A DNA stretch of 64,000 nucleotides from an uncultured Rivularia sp. (GTDB lineage Bacteria; Cyanobacteriota; Cyanobacteriia; Cyanobacteriales; Nostocaceae). The notes under the pieces were generated by a model that was not told the origin of the DNA, did no database searches, and was given only the letters and a program-made list of their open reading frames with translations. Of this stretch, positions 63,300 through 64,000 are shown in pieces. The position numbers were made by a program, and so were the translations under genes. The number at the start of each line of letters is the position of its first letter. The stretch's first letter is position 1. The stretch spans positions 1,504,001-1,568,000 of the forward strand of contig OY762007.1 in the NCBI GenBank assembly GCA_963665115.1, given 5' to 3'.

Positions 63300-64000
63300 A
63301 TGATGAATAAAAAAAAGTTTATTAATTTGGTGTTGCTGTTCCCTAAATTTTTATTATTAGTTTTCAGCAGTATTTTTATATTAGAACTATATTCAAAAAT
63401 ATCAATAGCACAACCTCAGCCAGAATCTCCAATTCCAGCACCTACTCCAGCACAAACCCCAACACCCATTCCCACACCGGAATCCCCAACACCTATTCCT
63501 ATACCAGATGATCCAACACCAAATCAACCGGATTCAACCGAACAAAATCAACCGGATTCAACACCAACTCAACCAGATTCAACCGAACAAAATCAACCGG
63601 ATTCAACACCAACTCAACCAGATTCAACCGAACCAAATCAACCGGATTCAATCGAACCAAATCAATCAACCCCAACACCAACTCAACCGGATTCAACACA
63701 AACTCAACCAGATTCAACCGAACAAAATCAACCGAATCCGACACCAACTCAACCAGATTCAACTGACCAAAATCAACCGAATCCGACACCAACTCAACCA
63801 GATTCAACTGACCAAAATCAACCGAATCCGACACCAAATCAACCAGATTCAATCGAACCAAATCAACCGAATCCAACTATCCCAAATCAACCAGATTCAA
63901 CCGAACCAAATCAACCGAATCCAACTATCCCAAATCAACCAGATCCAACACCAACTCAACCAGATTCAACCGAACCAAATCAATCAACCCCGACACCAAC
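63300..64000 (+). CDS. Secreted Pro/Gln/Thr-rich repeat protein, runs off the right edge
   Basis: Hand translation MMNKKKFINLVLLFPKFLLLVFSSIFILELYSKISIAQPQPESP..., then 7-8-aa repeats QPDSTEQN/QPDSTPT. Confidence 0.8.
   Translation, partial: MMNKKKFINLVLLFPKFLLLVFSSIFILELYSKISIAQPQPESPIPAPTPAQTPTPIPTPESPTPIPIPDDPTPNQPDSTEQNQPDSTPTQPDSTEQNQPDSTPTQPDSTEPNQPDSIEPNQSTPTPTQPDSTQTQPDSTEQNQPNPTPTQPDSTDQNQPNPTPTQPDSTDQNQPNPTPNQPDSIEPNQPNPTIPNQPDSTEPNQPNPTIPNQPDPTPTQPDSTEPNQSTPTP

Noticed and set aside
63499..63876. Minus-strand 125-aa ORF
   Set aside because: Antisense shadow of the plus-strand signal-peptide repeat protein starting at 63300

Overview
AT-rich cyanobacterial DNA, probably from a filamentous Nostocales-type strain (HIP1 GCGATCGC octamers, heptamer tandem repeats, Nostocales-style MITEs). 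1-28.3 kb is a secretion/signalling island: three filamentous-haemagglutinin (TPS-type) exoproteins, TPR-CHAT and CHAT-CHASE2 caspase-like proteins, two DUF928, two sigma(-like)/DUF1822 pairs and a CHASE2 histidine kinase. It also holds a rearranged spot where a tnpA-less IS607-type TnpB element joins a truncated response regulator to an IS4 remnant that interrupts a phytochelatin synthase. 28.5-61.6 kb is a phage-tail-like contractile injection system (CIS) in two divergent arms. The left arm has Pvc16 cap, sheath, two tubes, two tail chaperones, an FHA-MGS protein and two bitopic Ig-repeat membrane proteins. The right arm has a tube initiator, a ~37-repeat tape-measure-like protein, an Afp7-like protein, VgrG, gp25, baseplate J, wedge and DUF4159. 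A signalling block (HK, LuxR RR, pseudokinase-PBP, FHA, CHAT-lectin) lies between the arms. Highlights: an apparent lambda G/GT-style -1 programmed frameshift in the tail chaperone, a 14-bp near-palindromic box upstream of four transcription units, and an Ig-like domain shared by the baseplate wedge and the membrane proteins. Ten other frameshifts look like systematic sequencing errors. Family names come from motif recognition only; no searches were run.
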